Shown in pieces: positions 1 to 14,176 of a stretch of DNA of 64,000 nucleotides. Position numbers and translations under genes: made by a program. The DNA is from Chrysomallon squamiferum (taxonomy: Eukaryota > Animalia > Mollusca): positions 14,136,001 to 14,200,000 of the forward strand of contig CM022676.1 of the NCBI GenBank assembly GCA_012295275.1, in the 5' to 3' direction. Position 1 is the first letter of the stretch. Every line of letters starts with the position of its first letter. The notes under the pieces are model-generated. The model was not told the DNA's origin. It saw nothing but the letters and a program-made list of their open reading frames with translations, and did no database searches.

Positions 1-175
1 TGTAATAGATAATAACATATATATATAATAACAGTTTGTTCTTTTAAATCTGTAGTAAATAAAAACAGATATAATAAAAAGATGTTTATTATAAAAGTAT
101 AATAAAAACAATTTGAAACTTTTAATGCTTCTTCGCCTCTTGAGAAGGGAAAAAAAATAAGTATGAAATATCTCT

Positions 176-207
<32 letters not shown>

Positions 208-303
208 CAACAACATTCTAACAAAAGGTTCTATCATAAAATCAGTTAACATAGCGAAGTAGATAATACAACAGATTAAAATATCTAATGTTAAATGTCT
301 TAC

Positions 304-617
304 ACGACACATCAAGTATTCCTGTGTTGGATGTTACAAGAGTTTGTCCAGGAATCCCTGCCTTGCAGTAAACACTGTGTCCATCATCTGACTCAGTCAG
401 TGTGAGTGACAGATAACTCTTTCTTACAGTCAGGTCACCTGATGTGATATCTATGTTGGTGATTCCTGTGTTTATCTGTTGATTATTCTTGTACCAGTAA
501 AGAGACGAGACTGGGTTGCTAGGTGACGTGACACGTCAAAGAGACAAAAACCTTCACTGACTTGTACTTTATCTTGCTGTGAACTGATGTTTAATAGTGT
601 CACGTGTGTTACTTGTA
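304..617 (-). pseudogene. Frameshifted Ig-domain exon (C2-set/nephrin-like)
   Basis: The minus strand reads QVTHVTLLNISSQQDKVQVSEG / VSLTC / TSPSNPVSSLYWYKNNQQINTG...SYLSLTLTESDDGHSVYCKAGIPGQTLVTSNTGILDVS. The three pieces lie in three different frames. There is a phase-1 GTAAG donor at 303. Confidence 0.8.
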
Positions 618-820
618 CTTTTGTAAATAAATAATAAAATTACTGTATCATACTTTTGTATTAAAATATTATTTATTGATTTATTTTTATTATAATTAAA
701 AGATCGAAGTAAATATATTAATTATTAAGTAACTTCATAAACACATATCAGTAATTAATGCTCTCTTATTGTGAATATATTAAAATTACAAAAAAGTATC
801 GACATTGAATGTTTACTTAC

Positions 821-995
821 CTGGAAAGTGAGCAGTACAGATAAACTTGTTATAGACATCATTATTAAAAGACAGATGAATCAAGTGTATTGTAACATTA
901 ACTTTTCCTTGTACAGTTAAATAATTCATAGTCTGTTTTAACTTGTGGACTTGTACAACCAGCACTGACTGTTGTAGTAACTGGTGTCAATGACT
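821..995 (-). pseudogene. Degenerate 3' part of a Cys-rich V-like Ig exon
   Basis: The minus strand reads ...AGCTSPQVKTDYELFNC / VNVTIHLIHLSFNNDVYNKFICTAHFP with a frame break, then a CAG|GTAAGT donor at 820. It lies just upstream of the 304-617 exon in the same orientation. Confidence 0.5.
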
Positions 996-3900
996 TAGAG
1001 AGAAAGACAGCACAATTATAATTATTATTATTACTACCTTAACTAATATAATATCAAAAATAATTATTTTTTTTGTGTGTTCAAAGGTCAAAATCATTTA
1101 TTAAATTTTAAAATTGCACTCAATCAACAAGTATTTATTTATTTTTGTATCATTTTTGTGATGTAAAACAATCATTATAATATTTGAACAAATGAAATAA
1201 TTTCAGTTTATCTCCAAAAGTACATTTCAAAATGAAAATAATTTGTTATGCTTGAGACTTGGTTCAAAACATGATTCTACATACATAATAAATAAAAACA
1301 TAGTATCACCCAGACAGTACAAACTTCCTCTTTCAGTTATAGCCATTTCAGATGAAACTAGTAACTGAAAACTGGAGAACAATATGCATCATTTCGTAAG
1401 ATCGTTATCATTTTTGTTAGCTAATTATTATTATTATTATTATTGTTATATAACATTTATTAGCAGTATGCTTTAATCTCAGATACTTGAACAATATATT
1501 TATATATATCTTTTCACTCTAATTAATTTTTCATTCAAACGTATAGTTATGAATTTTCCAGTATTTAATATTTGACTATGTAAATAATCTATGGCAAATG
1601 AATGATTTTACCAAGTTTGGCAGATCAAAGGTAAAAGTTTGATGTGTTTTGCAGAATTATGAAATTAATCAGATGAATATCTACAACACATTGTTACAAA
1701 ATAAGCTTTATCTTACTTTTAAATGATAATTATGTCTATGCATATGTATGCTAGTATTGTACAAGTTATAAAATAATTCGTGGAACTGGGTGGGTATGTG
1801 TGTATTTTTGTTGACATATTTGTAAGTAATGTCACATAGAGTCAGGACATGTGGGACTTGAAGGTGTATCTGATAGAGAAAAAATATGTATGAATGTGTA
1901 ATATTAAACTCTGATATAATACTGTACTTTGTTAAGCAAAACCAAGTGGCTGAGTGATGCTATATATTAATATTAACAGTAATGCATGGATAAACTGTAT
2001 TTTCAAAACTACTGTTAAGGTTTTTTTTAAAGCAGTTATACAGAAAAAATGAATAAGATGCCATTTTTTGTAAATCTGCACAGTGCCACTTCTTTCAGGT
2101 GCCATTTTTTCTGGTGTCAATTTTTCCTACACCCATTCATCCATTATTCCTCTTGGAAGGTATGATAAATGCATCTGAATGCTTATAATTGACTTATTCT
2201 CAGGTTTGATTATGATAAACTATATATTAATATTACGTACAAGCACAATTGATACTAATCAATTACCAATTAACAGATAGCCAGAGTTCACATTTTTCTT
2301 GTGGACCTACAACATCTCTCTTCTAGTTCAGGCTCATCACCACAAATGTTGACTGCATCCACTGGTTCTGCTGTACTATTCAAAGTGAGCTGCCATTTTG
2401 ACTTTGGTATCTTCTTCTGTTTTTTTTTTAGGGTTTTTTGCCTCTTTCACCGTTGCTCTCTCTCTGCCTTTTCTTCTTCCTTCTTCTTTTTGTCTGCCAA
2501 CTCTTCTTCATACCTCTTGACACTTTCTTCCTTGGCATACCTCACCCTCTTGATTTTATTTGAAGTTTAACGACATGCCCCACTAGATGGACCATTCTGT
2601 TTCAATTTTAATGAAATAACTTAATTAAAACCCAGAATGAACTATATCAGTGCCAAAACTATTGATTACACACCACATATGGGGCCAGAATTGCCCCAAG
2701 TAGTGGAGTAAAATAAAACACACTCTCCTTACCTAATTACCACGTATTAATCAAGTTTCTTCTGCTGAACTTAATAAATGATTTTATATTTACCTGTTAT
2801 AAGTTATTACTAACCTTATGTCTATAGAACTAAAAAGGAATTTTTTTTTACAACCTTGTTTTCACTAGATTCATGGCCACTATACTCCAAGTGTAAATGG
2901 CTGATTACTTAATCCTTTGTTCTAGTGAAAGATAGGAAGGTTATTTTCATATCAACAAAGCTCCAGAAGCCTGGACAGAGCAGTATATTTGCTTCAAGAT
3001 ATAATATACCTTGGGGGCCAGAATTACTCCGCTGTACCCTACATATTTCAAGTAGTGGAATCCTTTCTTCAGGAGCAGCTCTCATCCATGGAATTACAGC
3101 TTTAATGGGCAAATATTCAGATGCATGAAAGACAAATATAAAAAAAAAAAGATATTGAAAATGTACCCTAACATCAAAGCAGTGCTTCCTGATTTAACTG
3201 AAGTGACTGATAACAGGACAAAAATTGTTAACTTTATTAAGGTCAGACCACTTAACTATCATTTTTTGATCATTTTGTGACGATATGGGAAGTACAACTG
3301 AAGTTATTATTACATAGTGCAATTCAATAGCTTTCAAAAGGGAAAATGCTGATGAGGATTTTGGAGTTGCATGACGACGTTTACGTTGTAAAACCTGAAG
3401 CACAATTTAGCATCTAAGATAAACAATAAAGTTTGTATTCAGAAATTGGCTTTCAGATATATTTGCCCATTTAAATGAAACAGATGATATTACAGCGGAA
3501 CTTTCATAATTCAAACTAAGTCAACAACCAAATATAAGCATATCATGATCCAAGAAATGCACTCATTGTTTAACTGAGAAATATGCCACAATCAACATCT
3601 TTACATATAAAATGATATATTTTTGAACATATATTCAATGAATAATTCATATTGTAATTTTGTATAAAGCTTATGCATTACAATGAATATCATTTTATTC
3701 TTTAACAGATGTGCAGTAATTTTCAACTACACAATCGTTATTTCTTCTTATCATTTGTTTTATAAAGCAATTACACTGCAAAGAAAAATGAAAAAGAACA
3801 AAAACATTAAAAACAACTCTTAAGAAGAGAAAAAAAAAAAAAAAAATTAAATTAAAAAATTGCCTTTGTCTATTCAGTTAAATGTTCATTTTATAGGTGC

Positions 3901-6889
3901 AAGTAGGTAAACAACAATATTATCACTGTTTGTCTGGTTTAGTCATTTCATGCTTATCAAATTTGGGAAGCATTTCAAATTTAAGCATTAAATATATAAT
4001 CAATAAAATAAAATCAGGTACGTTTATTCACAGAGTTTAAGTTGATCAGAGAAACAGTAACCACTTTATCCACAGTGGAGTGGTACTTGTGAATTAGTTT
4101 GTAATTTCAGGCATTCTGTGCCTTAAAAACCTAATACAATATTTCTGCATGGTACTTTATAATTATATTTTAAAAATTTTGGATGTATCCTTGTAAGATC
4201 TATCAATAAAACTTAAGTTTAAATTTTTAAATTTACTCAATTAAAGTGCATATAATAAATAACCTGAGTCTGGAGAGCTCTGGAAGAATTGTTCAAATCA
4301 AAGGAGGAATGCTTCTTCACTGAATGACTACAGTTTGGATGGACATAGTTAACAACATTCTTACTGTTCTATTTATTTAAACTTTATGTGATTGATAATG
4401 ACAACGTTTATTCTTAGTACTGTATTATATCAATATGCTTTAATCAGTGTCTCTGATAATCTTTCAAAGTAAACTGTAGGCTTCACTATTCTAATAATTA
4501 TATATGATTATTTGGTAGGATAAAACAAAACAAGTAATCCTGGAGAACTGCATGTAAATTGTAGATTATTGTTTCTTTTATAATATATAAAAGAATGAAT
4601 CCTGTATTAACCACTGTTTGAAGAGCAGTGTTATAATTAAAAACTAAACAGATGGTGTTATAAACATAAAATATTGCTATTTCAGTTACTTGTCACAGCT
4701 AGCACTAATATAGATTCTGAACTATATTGCATTTTATGTTTCTAATGAACTTTCACATATTAATTAGTTATCAATATATATAATCTTATCCACTAATTCA
4801 TCTATATCCTTCAAACTGTGTAAGTGATTTTCTTCTGTAGAAAAAAAGAAAGGTGTATTTCATTTAAGTTTCATGTTATTTGGTTAAGGTTAAAACATTT
4901 TGTGGGTATACCTAAACTTAAAGTGTCAAATCGATCAAAAACCTATTGGTATCTGAAAATCACTGATACAGATTATCATCATTAATAATCATTAATTGAT
5001 GATAGCTGAATATTTTATGTAATGAGCAAGTTAGTCAACAAATTGTAGCCAGACATACCATCAAAAAATAAACAGTGTGGTAATCATAAACTTGAATTAT
5101 CAAAGTTCCACTGCAAACTATAAACTGAAAAAGTGTAATTAAATATTTCAAAGTCATGCTGTTATTATGAAAAGATGATGATATATATATATATATATAT
5201 TATAAAATGCCAGAATTTAACCGTTTTCGTAGTTACGAATCCTGCCTCACACGAAAACAACACACGTTAGATCACCTTTATATCTTAATTTCCTCTTGAT
5301 GGTCCTATAACCATACAGACACTGATAGTACAATAGTATAGTAATTATAATGCGGAGAATTAGCCCCAAACGTCTTTCTCCCTTGCCAAATATTCTCTTT
5401 TCTTTCTTGAACTATCTTCCACTCCTCTCACACTTGTAACATTCCACATCCTTGACCAATACTGGCAGACCATTATTGTCCTGGGTTCCTTAAGGCAATT
5501 TTTACCAAATTTAATATCCCAAGTGTTGGAGAAATTTCTTAAGTCTAAACAAAATAAAATAAACGTCAGACGACATACTGGTGTTTCTGTATCTTTAGTG
5601 AAAACAAAAGTTATGCCAGGTGCTTTAGTTCAGTCCCTCACACATGTATAATACTTATAAACAGAATTAATTTATAAAAATGCATCAACTAGATTGGTAA
5701 AACTATTGTTTAAATACTAATTGATGATGTAAAGCTCTTTATAATCTAAATCCAGTGATAAATATCTTGCAGATATTCATTTTATATATCTCTTAAGTGC
5801 TTGTTTTTATATCAGCTGTACATAAATTCAATAACTCAAAAAAAAAAAGGAAGAAAAGAAGAACGAAACATTTTCATTCAATATCAAGGCTACGGATCTT
5901 CAATAACTCAAAAAAAAAAAGAAAGAAAGAAAAAGAAAGAAGATATATTTCTGGAGGAAACATGCCAGTAGTTATCTTAAAGCACATCATCATCTAACTT
6001 TCTTATTACAGATACCTGATATTAAAAAGAAACCTACAATTTTGTCAGTATAAAAGCTCATGAGTATTTCTACACAAATGGCACCATCTGTGGTCACAGG
6101 TTATTTTACCAGTGTCTGCAGCTAATGAAACGTTATTGGATCTAAACTTCGATAAGGCCTTTATAAATTTACAGCAAACTTAAGTTGGCGCTATTGAATA
6201 TTCAATAATGCTTGTAATAATAATGTCAGTAAGTTATATTTACATCAGCAGACCTAATGTTGCTGTAAACTGTCATAAAGTCTCTGTTTAAACAAATGAA
6301 ATAAACAAATCAATATTATCTGGTACAGCCATATTAAATCAAAACATAATTAAATAAAAATTAGTTCACTTATGTATCCCTATTAAAATACCCAGTAACA
6401 TATAAAGATTTTCACAAGGTAATCTGAAAATAGCGGAATAAGTTTACATCAGTATTTGATAAGTATTCTCATGTTAATAAATGGAAAGTGGACCGACCAC
6501 ATGCGCTCAACACATTTCTAACTAATTTCCCAACATTAAACTGGTACATGTCTTTACAAAATTTATTTTGCACAACTTCAATAATTTTCCAGGAGGTTAT
6601 CCTTTGTATCCCATCTATAATATATAATTTTAGAAAAATGACCTTGATATTTTTCTAAATGGGAGTGGAATTAATACATCATTGATAAGATCTAATATGG
6701 TTTATGAATGCACTGTGTATCGGTCAGCTCGTAATTTTTTTTTTTACAAATACTGGTTCCTATACATATGCAGGATCTTAGACTTTGATTTGAAGCATTT
6801 AGGACTTCATCTGCATAGAGTGTATTCTGGAAATATTGATTAAAGGATTGCTTAATGCCCTGGATTCAATCCGCACATCTGTTTCAGGA

Positions 6890-8230
6890 ACTTCGTGCAC
6901 GTCACACATTTCTTAGATAACTGTTGGGCCAGTGATGAAGACCAGTGCCAGTAGCCCATCCAAGGAATTACGCTCACTGCTTACACAATGTTACTGCCTC
7001 TAAAATACACCCCGGCTCCTTCAGTACTGGCATATACGATGTCCTTGTCACAGTCTGTCCTGCTATATTGTGCATTTTGTTGAACAAGGTGTTAGGCCAT
7101 CCGTAGTCCATTACAACAGTCCAGTGGGGTCGTCACAAAATTATTCATCAGAGGTCCATATTCATACTCCGATGCATCCAGGTTTCATCAGTCTATTTGA
7201 GGCAGCTTCAGTGACGTCATCTCTAGGTTTGAATGCCAGGTATAACTGTGTGTCGTCAGAACAGAAATGTCTTGCAAATGACTGTTTTGATAATGTCACC
7301 AAATGTGGTATACATTTCGTAGTTCATCGGCCCTAGAATGGATCCCTGGAGTATGCTCTACTCCATATGCACAAGTGTAGACTGTTCACTATTACACACA
7401 CAGTTTGATACCTATCAGAGACGTCACGACTTCATCGAGATATCGAAGTGATGTTCAAGGCGTCGGAACAATGTTGTATAGTCGACTGTGTCAAACGCAG
7501 GAGTCAGGTCGAGAAGAATGAACACAGTCGCACATCCTTTATCCAGGGATTGAAGAATATCATTCGGGACCTTGAGCAGGGCAAATTCGGTCGAGTGGAA
7601 TTTCTTGTAGGCGGATTGGAGACCTTCATGAACCATGCTTGTTGCTAGGTGACGTTTTATACGTGTGTTAACATTCTTTTCCGATATTTTGGAGATGAAG
7701 AGGAGACGGGAGACTGGACTGTAGTATTTCAGAATCTCGGAGACCAACCCAGGCTTCTTCAGAAGGGATCTAATGCGAGCAGAGTTGAAGTTGTTTGGAG
7801 CATAATTGGCATCCATGGAAGTGTCGATGAGGTTTGATCTCATCTAAGCTTTGTTTCAACAAGCACGATTGTACTAAATCAAGGTAAAAAAAAGTATATG
7901 TAGGTTTGCTGATGATGGTACGCACCTTTTCTTGTGTTGCAGGTCTAACATCAGTTGCGCATAGTTTCTTAAAAGGCACTGTTTTTCGGCACGGAGCAGG
8001 TTTGTCTATGTTGGCTCTAAAGCTGTCTTTGAAATGGTCTTGTGATAACCTGCCAATATGATCACACAGTCCCGGGTCAGTGACGTCAACATCTGACACG
8101 ATGCTGCTAGTATCCCTAGTGATAACAACGTCAAGGGTGTGGCCATGTACATGTGAAGGCGTTTGAACATGCTACGGGAGGGCACATGCTTCGAGGGTAC
8201 CTATAACACGTTTAGCATCACGATTAGCCT
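6890..8230 (-). mobile_element. Decayed non-LTR retrotransposon (L2/CR1-type): endonuclease C-terminus plus reverse transcriptase
   Basis: An APE motif PSHVHGHTLDVVITR lies at ~8110-8165. RT motifs are QSAYKKFHSTEFALLKV.NDIL and FILLDLTPAFDTVDY (ORF 7424-7843), QGSILGP (~7330-7350) and SDDTQLY (YADD-equivalent, ~7240-7260). The element carries many frameshifts and deletions. Confidence 0.9.
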
Positions 8231-9284
8231 TGAAAGTTACTCCAAGATATTTAGTAAATTTAGTAAATTATATTCAAAATAACTAAAAGTCCACAAATAA
8301 AAACTGGGCAGTAAAATCCTTAGAATATAATTACTGACTCATTTTTAATACACAATATCTTAATTATTATTTTTAGTTGATATATTAAAATGAAAGCAAT
8401 AAGCCTAAATTAATTACTGATCTCAGCTGATCTGTAGCACGTTATAGGTGAAACCACTGTTAATCAAATATAAAAATGCTTACTTCACTAACAGTTATTT
8501 AAAGACATGTCATGTCAACGGCCAGATTGCAATGTCTTGCTCTCTGGTAATGTTTCTCCCTTAAACTCAAGATAGCAGCTTCCACATATGGTCATGACAC
8601 TGACCTTTATATATTAGGAAACAATGGTTATTGTTTTTCTAGTCTAAATTAATAGAAATCAGCTTATTAATTACGGAAAATACAGTTAAAAAGCAAATGG
8701 TCATTATATAAGTTAATAACATATAATTATAATAATGTTGGAAATACGTCGGTCTGTTTTATTATTTCTGGATGAAAATGTTTCGAAATTTAACTTGTTA
8801 TTTTTCTATATTCAAATGTGAACAAAATTTTACATTTTGTTTCAGCTATTAAAATAATTTCGTTTCATTAATCTGTAAAAGTATAATGTTGAACAAATTA
8901 ATAGATGACAGGAACTGAGGAGACACTAGCTTTGCAAAATTCAGATTAAGAAGAAGTTATGGTACTCTTATTATTAATAAAATGCAATTAAAACACGAAG
9001 TAATGCCAGTTTTATGGCTAGAAATATTCCTGTAATTTTAGGCCTAATTTTTTCATAAAATTCACATATTTTCCTTAAAAGAAATATCTGTAAAATGTGC
9101 ATGATATCAGGTTCATTGATGAAAATAAAATTCTACCTTAATTACAGCTAATTAATTATATATAAATATAAGTATAAACTTTTTATATGCTGAAGTCTCA
9201 TAAAAACAAATATCCAATCAAATAACCTAAAGGAGGTGATAATAGTTTGTTGACCAATACATATATTTACTTCCGTAATTGTGA

Positions 9285-9982
9285 CTGATTTGACTTCATT
9301 TGGGTATGAACTAAACAAAACTCTTAGATAACTAATTTTTATATAACTGTAAGGCTCTGAATCCAAGATGGCCGCTGCCACATATGGAAGAGACAGAAAA
9401 TGGCATATCTCTGGATCTACTTGACCAATTTGAATGATGCTAGACTCTACTGTCGGGTTTTCAAACATGCCTGATAATATGGAATATGCAACAAGGTCGA
9501 GTTAAAGGTAATTTGCCCGACATGCAGTACAGTTTACCATTGGTAATTACTTCTTTATTTATATTTGTATTCAGAATTTAAACTTAAACATGAACTTGTA
9601 TATCTGTATGTATGTGCCTCCTTAGTGTTTGTAAGTTTGTATTCCAATATTATGCAGTAATTAATAAAATCCGTAGCATTAAATCATTGTTATTTAGATT
9701 TTCTTGAATATTCATTGTATGTTGTCTTTGTTGACCTTAGTTTTGACTTTACTGCATAACTGACTTCCAATCAACTTGCAACCACTAAAATATTACCTAA
9801 TTTAGACTTGAAATATGTTCCAGATTATCAGACATATTTAAAATCCCTACAACAGAAACTAACATCATTGCAATTGCTCAAGTAGTTCCAGAGATACGCC
9901 ATTTTCTCTATTTTCCACGAGTGACTGCGGCCATCTTGGATTCTGGGCCTTACAGGTTTCTAAAACTTTTGTATACTTAAGA

Positions 9983-10057
<75 letters not shown>

Positions 10058-10080
10058 TACCCAGATGAATCACTATCTCA
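9285..10080. mobile_element. Foldback/MITE-like element with long diverged inverted arms
   Basis: AAGGCTCTGAATCCAAGATGGCCGC...GAAAATGGCATATCTCTGGATCTACTTGACCAATT (9351-9430) is the inverted match of CAATTGCTCAAGTAGTTCCAGAGATACGCCATTTTC...GCGGCCATCTTGGATTCTGGGCCTT (9871-9951). The match extends to about 9285-9500 versus 9800-10080, and a (TTA)n expansion sits in the right arm. Confidence 0.65.
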
Positions 10081-10433
10081 CTTTGGGTTTCCGAATCCTA
10101 CGCGGTTGTAATATCATATATGGCCCAAATCACATATTTGATTACTTGCTGAAGCTAGAAATATTCTAATATTTTGCAGAAATAAAGATAAGTACTGAAA
10201 CACTACTAATCTACATTTAATACAAGTCCTATAAGTGAAAAGAATTCATCTTTCGTATGGATGAGTTTGTGAAAGCATTTATGTCTGAAAAATATTAATA
10301 CTTCTAGAACGGCAAAAGCAAAAATTTGTTCTCGTAAAGTTTATTCCAAGAATAACTGAACCCAAATAGCTATCACAGAATATTTAGTTCAATAGTTCGT
10401 TGCAAATCTCTATATACATTATAAGTATCATTT

Positions 10434-10493
<60 letters not shown>

Positions 10494-10574
10494 CTTTGAA
10501 TTGACTGGTTCCCTTAATTCAATACTGCTACGCTACACTATAATTGTTTTTTCCCTGCAAAAGAAATAGACTCG

Positions 10575-10644
10575 TCCATGACATCTTCCGGTATCAAACG
10601 TTGCCTTAAATGTTGAATATTGTAGTAAAGAAGAAGATAAAGTG
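10575..10644 (+). promoter_or_regulatory. Possible promoter / non-coding first exon of receptor gene A
   Basis: An ETS-like CTTCCGG at ~10585 and a donor GTG|GTGAGT at 10644/10645. The leader exon downstream has an acceptor (TTTACAG) 3 nt before its ATG, which suggests an upstream UTR exon. Confidence 0.35.
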
Positions 10645-10766
10645 GTGAGTAATTTTTTTTTTTTAAACATGTATGTGATTTGTTAAACAAAGTAATGTGC
10701 TACAGTGACATAAGCACATATGGATCTCAGTAGTTAGTTATTAATTAAAAAAACAACAACAACAAC

Positions 10767-10802
<36 letters not shown>

Positions 10803-11860
10803 ATAATGACACTTTGGACAGGAGTTAATTAGGAATTTCCTGTAATTCATCCCGCTATTAAATCGTTCTAAAGAGAAATTTTGTTTTCGGGATTGCATAG
10901 GAAAGTGCAGCTTGATTTTCAGTTGGCAAATTATGAAAGAAAGATGTATAAGGACAAGGGTAATCTGGCTGTTCATATGTCAACTCCTTATTAATATTTT
11001 GCTAGATTTATTTTGGGTCAGTGTTACTCAACTTACTATTAGTATTACTATTAGTAACATGGACCGGCGATTTTTTAAAAATAAAAATAGGATACTCATT
11101 GTTTGCATACATACTAGTCTATGTTTTAGAAGTTGAATGTTTTCTGTTTTAACGAAAAAGTGTGAATAATTAATTTTTATCTAATTTCCATATATCATAT
11201 GGCATCAAATTAACCCCCCAAAAAAGAAAAACGGTTTCGACATTTGCAGCAATTTCTATTCCAAAATAGTATACTATCCTTGAATGTTGCATTTTACTTG
11301 ACCTTTCACAAAAATCTTTCTCTTATTAAAATTAGTTATTAAATAATAACATAATTCAGGACCAAAATGTTTATACAGAAATGATAAGGTTTTCTGTGTC
11401 TGTGGTAAAGATTTTACTCATTGATAATTTTTAATTAAAAATATTGAAGACAACAGAATGTCAGGTCTGTCAATTTTTTACAGTTTAAATTTAATAATTT
11501 TTAGTAACATGGAGATGATGGACCAAATAATATGAAATGCTAGTCTAATCGGTCTCATATTATGAATATTTTGGTGGCAATGGCCATTTTGACCAAACAT
11601 TTCTAATTTTGGAGGGCCACTTTTCCAGAAGTAGTGATCTGATAAAGGTGAACACAAGGTGTTTGTCACAAAAACAACCTTGTAAAACATTTTTTTATTA
11701 GGACCTGATTTAGATAGGCCACAACGAGAGGTTGACCCTAAATGTGATTTATAGCAATATGCCAACTGTATATATATAATGAGTTCATTATGTTCAGAAT
11801 AATTTTTATTTTTCATTGAAACTACTGCTATTCATGTTGTTGTGTGTCTGTTTACAGATT

Positions 11861-12545
11861 ATGAAGATTAAGGAATTTAAGATAATCCTCATTTTTGTAT
11901 GCACTGCATTTTCTAAAAGTATTTTAGGTGAGTTAATTGCTTTTTCATTTTATGTGTTTTATTTATATTTTTCTTTCTTTTTTAAGTCACAATATATTCC
12001 TACATATCTTTCAAATTATGAGTTATTACTTCCAATACACATTTTCTTATAGATCTAATCTGACATACTTCTAAATTTTAGTTTGGTGAGCGTAGCTTCT
12101 ATTTACTTAAGAATTTGTTTTTTATTTATGTTGAAATTTTAATTGAACAAAGTCATAAGAAACATATATAATTCTGCTCTCGTTTCTTACATCCCGAAAG
12201 CAGATTTTAAACCCAACTATAAATACGTGTATGATTATGATGATACATAAAATCAAGTGTAATATCAATTAGTGTTTTGAAATTTTGTTAATACTAAAAG
12301 AGTGAAATTGTGGCACTAATGATTATCAGAAAATTAATTGAGGACATACAATTATTTTTATTTTTTATGATTAGTATTATTTTCTTTTTGATATATTTTG
12401 ATCACTGTTATATGGAATAGTAGTCAGTCACTGACACCACTAACTACAAGTCTGTTATCAGACTAACGGGTCCATCCCGAGTTATATGAATCTTACATTA
12501 TTACCAAGTAGTATCAATTGGTCATAAGCACTTAATCCATGTTCA

Positions 12546-12603
<58 letters not shown>

Positions 12604-14140
12604 TGTTTTTGTTGAGTTTTTTAAAGAACAAGAAAAGAAAAAAGAAATAATGAAAACAGTTTTATTTATGATTGTATTTAAACTGAAATAAAAATACTAA
12701 CAGCATGCTAACAAACAAGTAACAAATTGTAAATATATATAGAGACATTCACACATTCTTATTACCTATTATTTCAGGTGAGTATGTCATAACAAAATCT
12801 GAAGAAACAGTTCTCAAAGGATCATCATTAACATTTACATGTAATACGGGCAGCCAAGTAGACAGAATAGTTTGGACACGGAATGGTAATAGCTTCCTTG
12901 TATTACAAGGATCAGGTACAAATTGTAATGGAGCATTACCTGAAAAATACAACTTCAGATGTTCAGAAAGAATTATATTCAACTTAACAATACCCATCAT
13001 CACATTCAGTGAAAATGGAACAAAATGGAAATGTCAGGATGAATTTGGAGCATCTGCCAGTGATAACCTAATTTTAATTGTTACGGGTAGGTTTTGATAA
13101 TTATATTTGTGTGTATGAGGCTGATAGTTTAATCATAACCAAAATAAATTATTGAAATTATTTTGTACATTTTTCAGCAGACATTTTTATATTAACCTAT
13201 TTAAACCACAGAAAATAACTGAAAATGTAACTTATTTTTAACCTTCTTTACTTGCAATAAAGCAATATTTTGTAGAAAATGTTTATAGTTTCATTCTTTG
13301 AAGTATTTGGTTCTGAGTAATTCCATGTATCTTGGAACATTTTGTTTTGAAAATAATTAATATCAACAGTTGCTAATTTGTTAATGAGTTTGAAAAATGA
13401 ATAGCAATTACTCATTACAAGTAGCAGTTTTAGGATTAGTAATAAAAGGATTATTTCAAAAATTGCAACCAAACAAGATAAATCTTTAGAATCAAAGGAT
13501 GAACTTAATTTAAAAGATAATAATAATTAATTAGACAGGAGAGTTTAAGAAATGTATTCTCAGTAAGAAATGATATATTTATTATGTTCTTGGTGATTAA
13601 GAGCAACTTTCAAAATGTAATGCAAAAAAATAATAGATGATTTGACCTGTGTAGTGAAATAAGATATGGAAACATCTCTGTTGTGTTGTGCTTACATTTA
13701 AGTGCAGTATTTTGCCAAATTTCCATATATCCTAAGAAAGTTAGTGCAAAGGACAGTGCTGAGAAGAAGAAGCAGATGATGTCCATTGAATTAAAGCTTG
13801 AAATCATAGAAAAACATGAGGCAAGGTGTGTGTGTAGTCAGAATGGCTAGGCAGTACGAGTGTAGCACTTTTATGATATGAACCATACTGAAACAGAGTC
13901 AATAAAGGCTATATCTCCAGCACTAAATCTTCCGTGCACGAGGAATCTACTTGACAAAATAGTAACTGACCTAAAGAAATAATTTTAAATTTAAAATGAA
14001 AAAATCACTTTAAAAACAAATGAAAACATAAACAACAAAGATATTCTTGAATTAATCAGTTTGATTAAAATGTATTTTTATTGTAATTGTTATTGTTTTC
14101 TTTCTTGATGTTGCTATTTAGAAGTCATTTAATGTAGAAT

Positions 14141-14176
<36 letters not shown>

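Noticed and set aside
7070-7837. Plus-strand ORFs 7070-7336, 7448-7648 and 7649-7837
   Set aside because: Antisense shadows of the LINE reverse transcriptase. Likewise 37517-37861 and 38139-38363 shadow the BTB gene.
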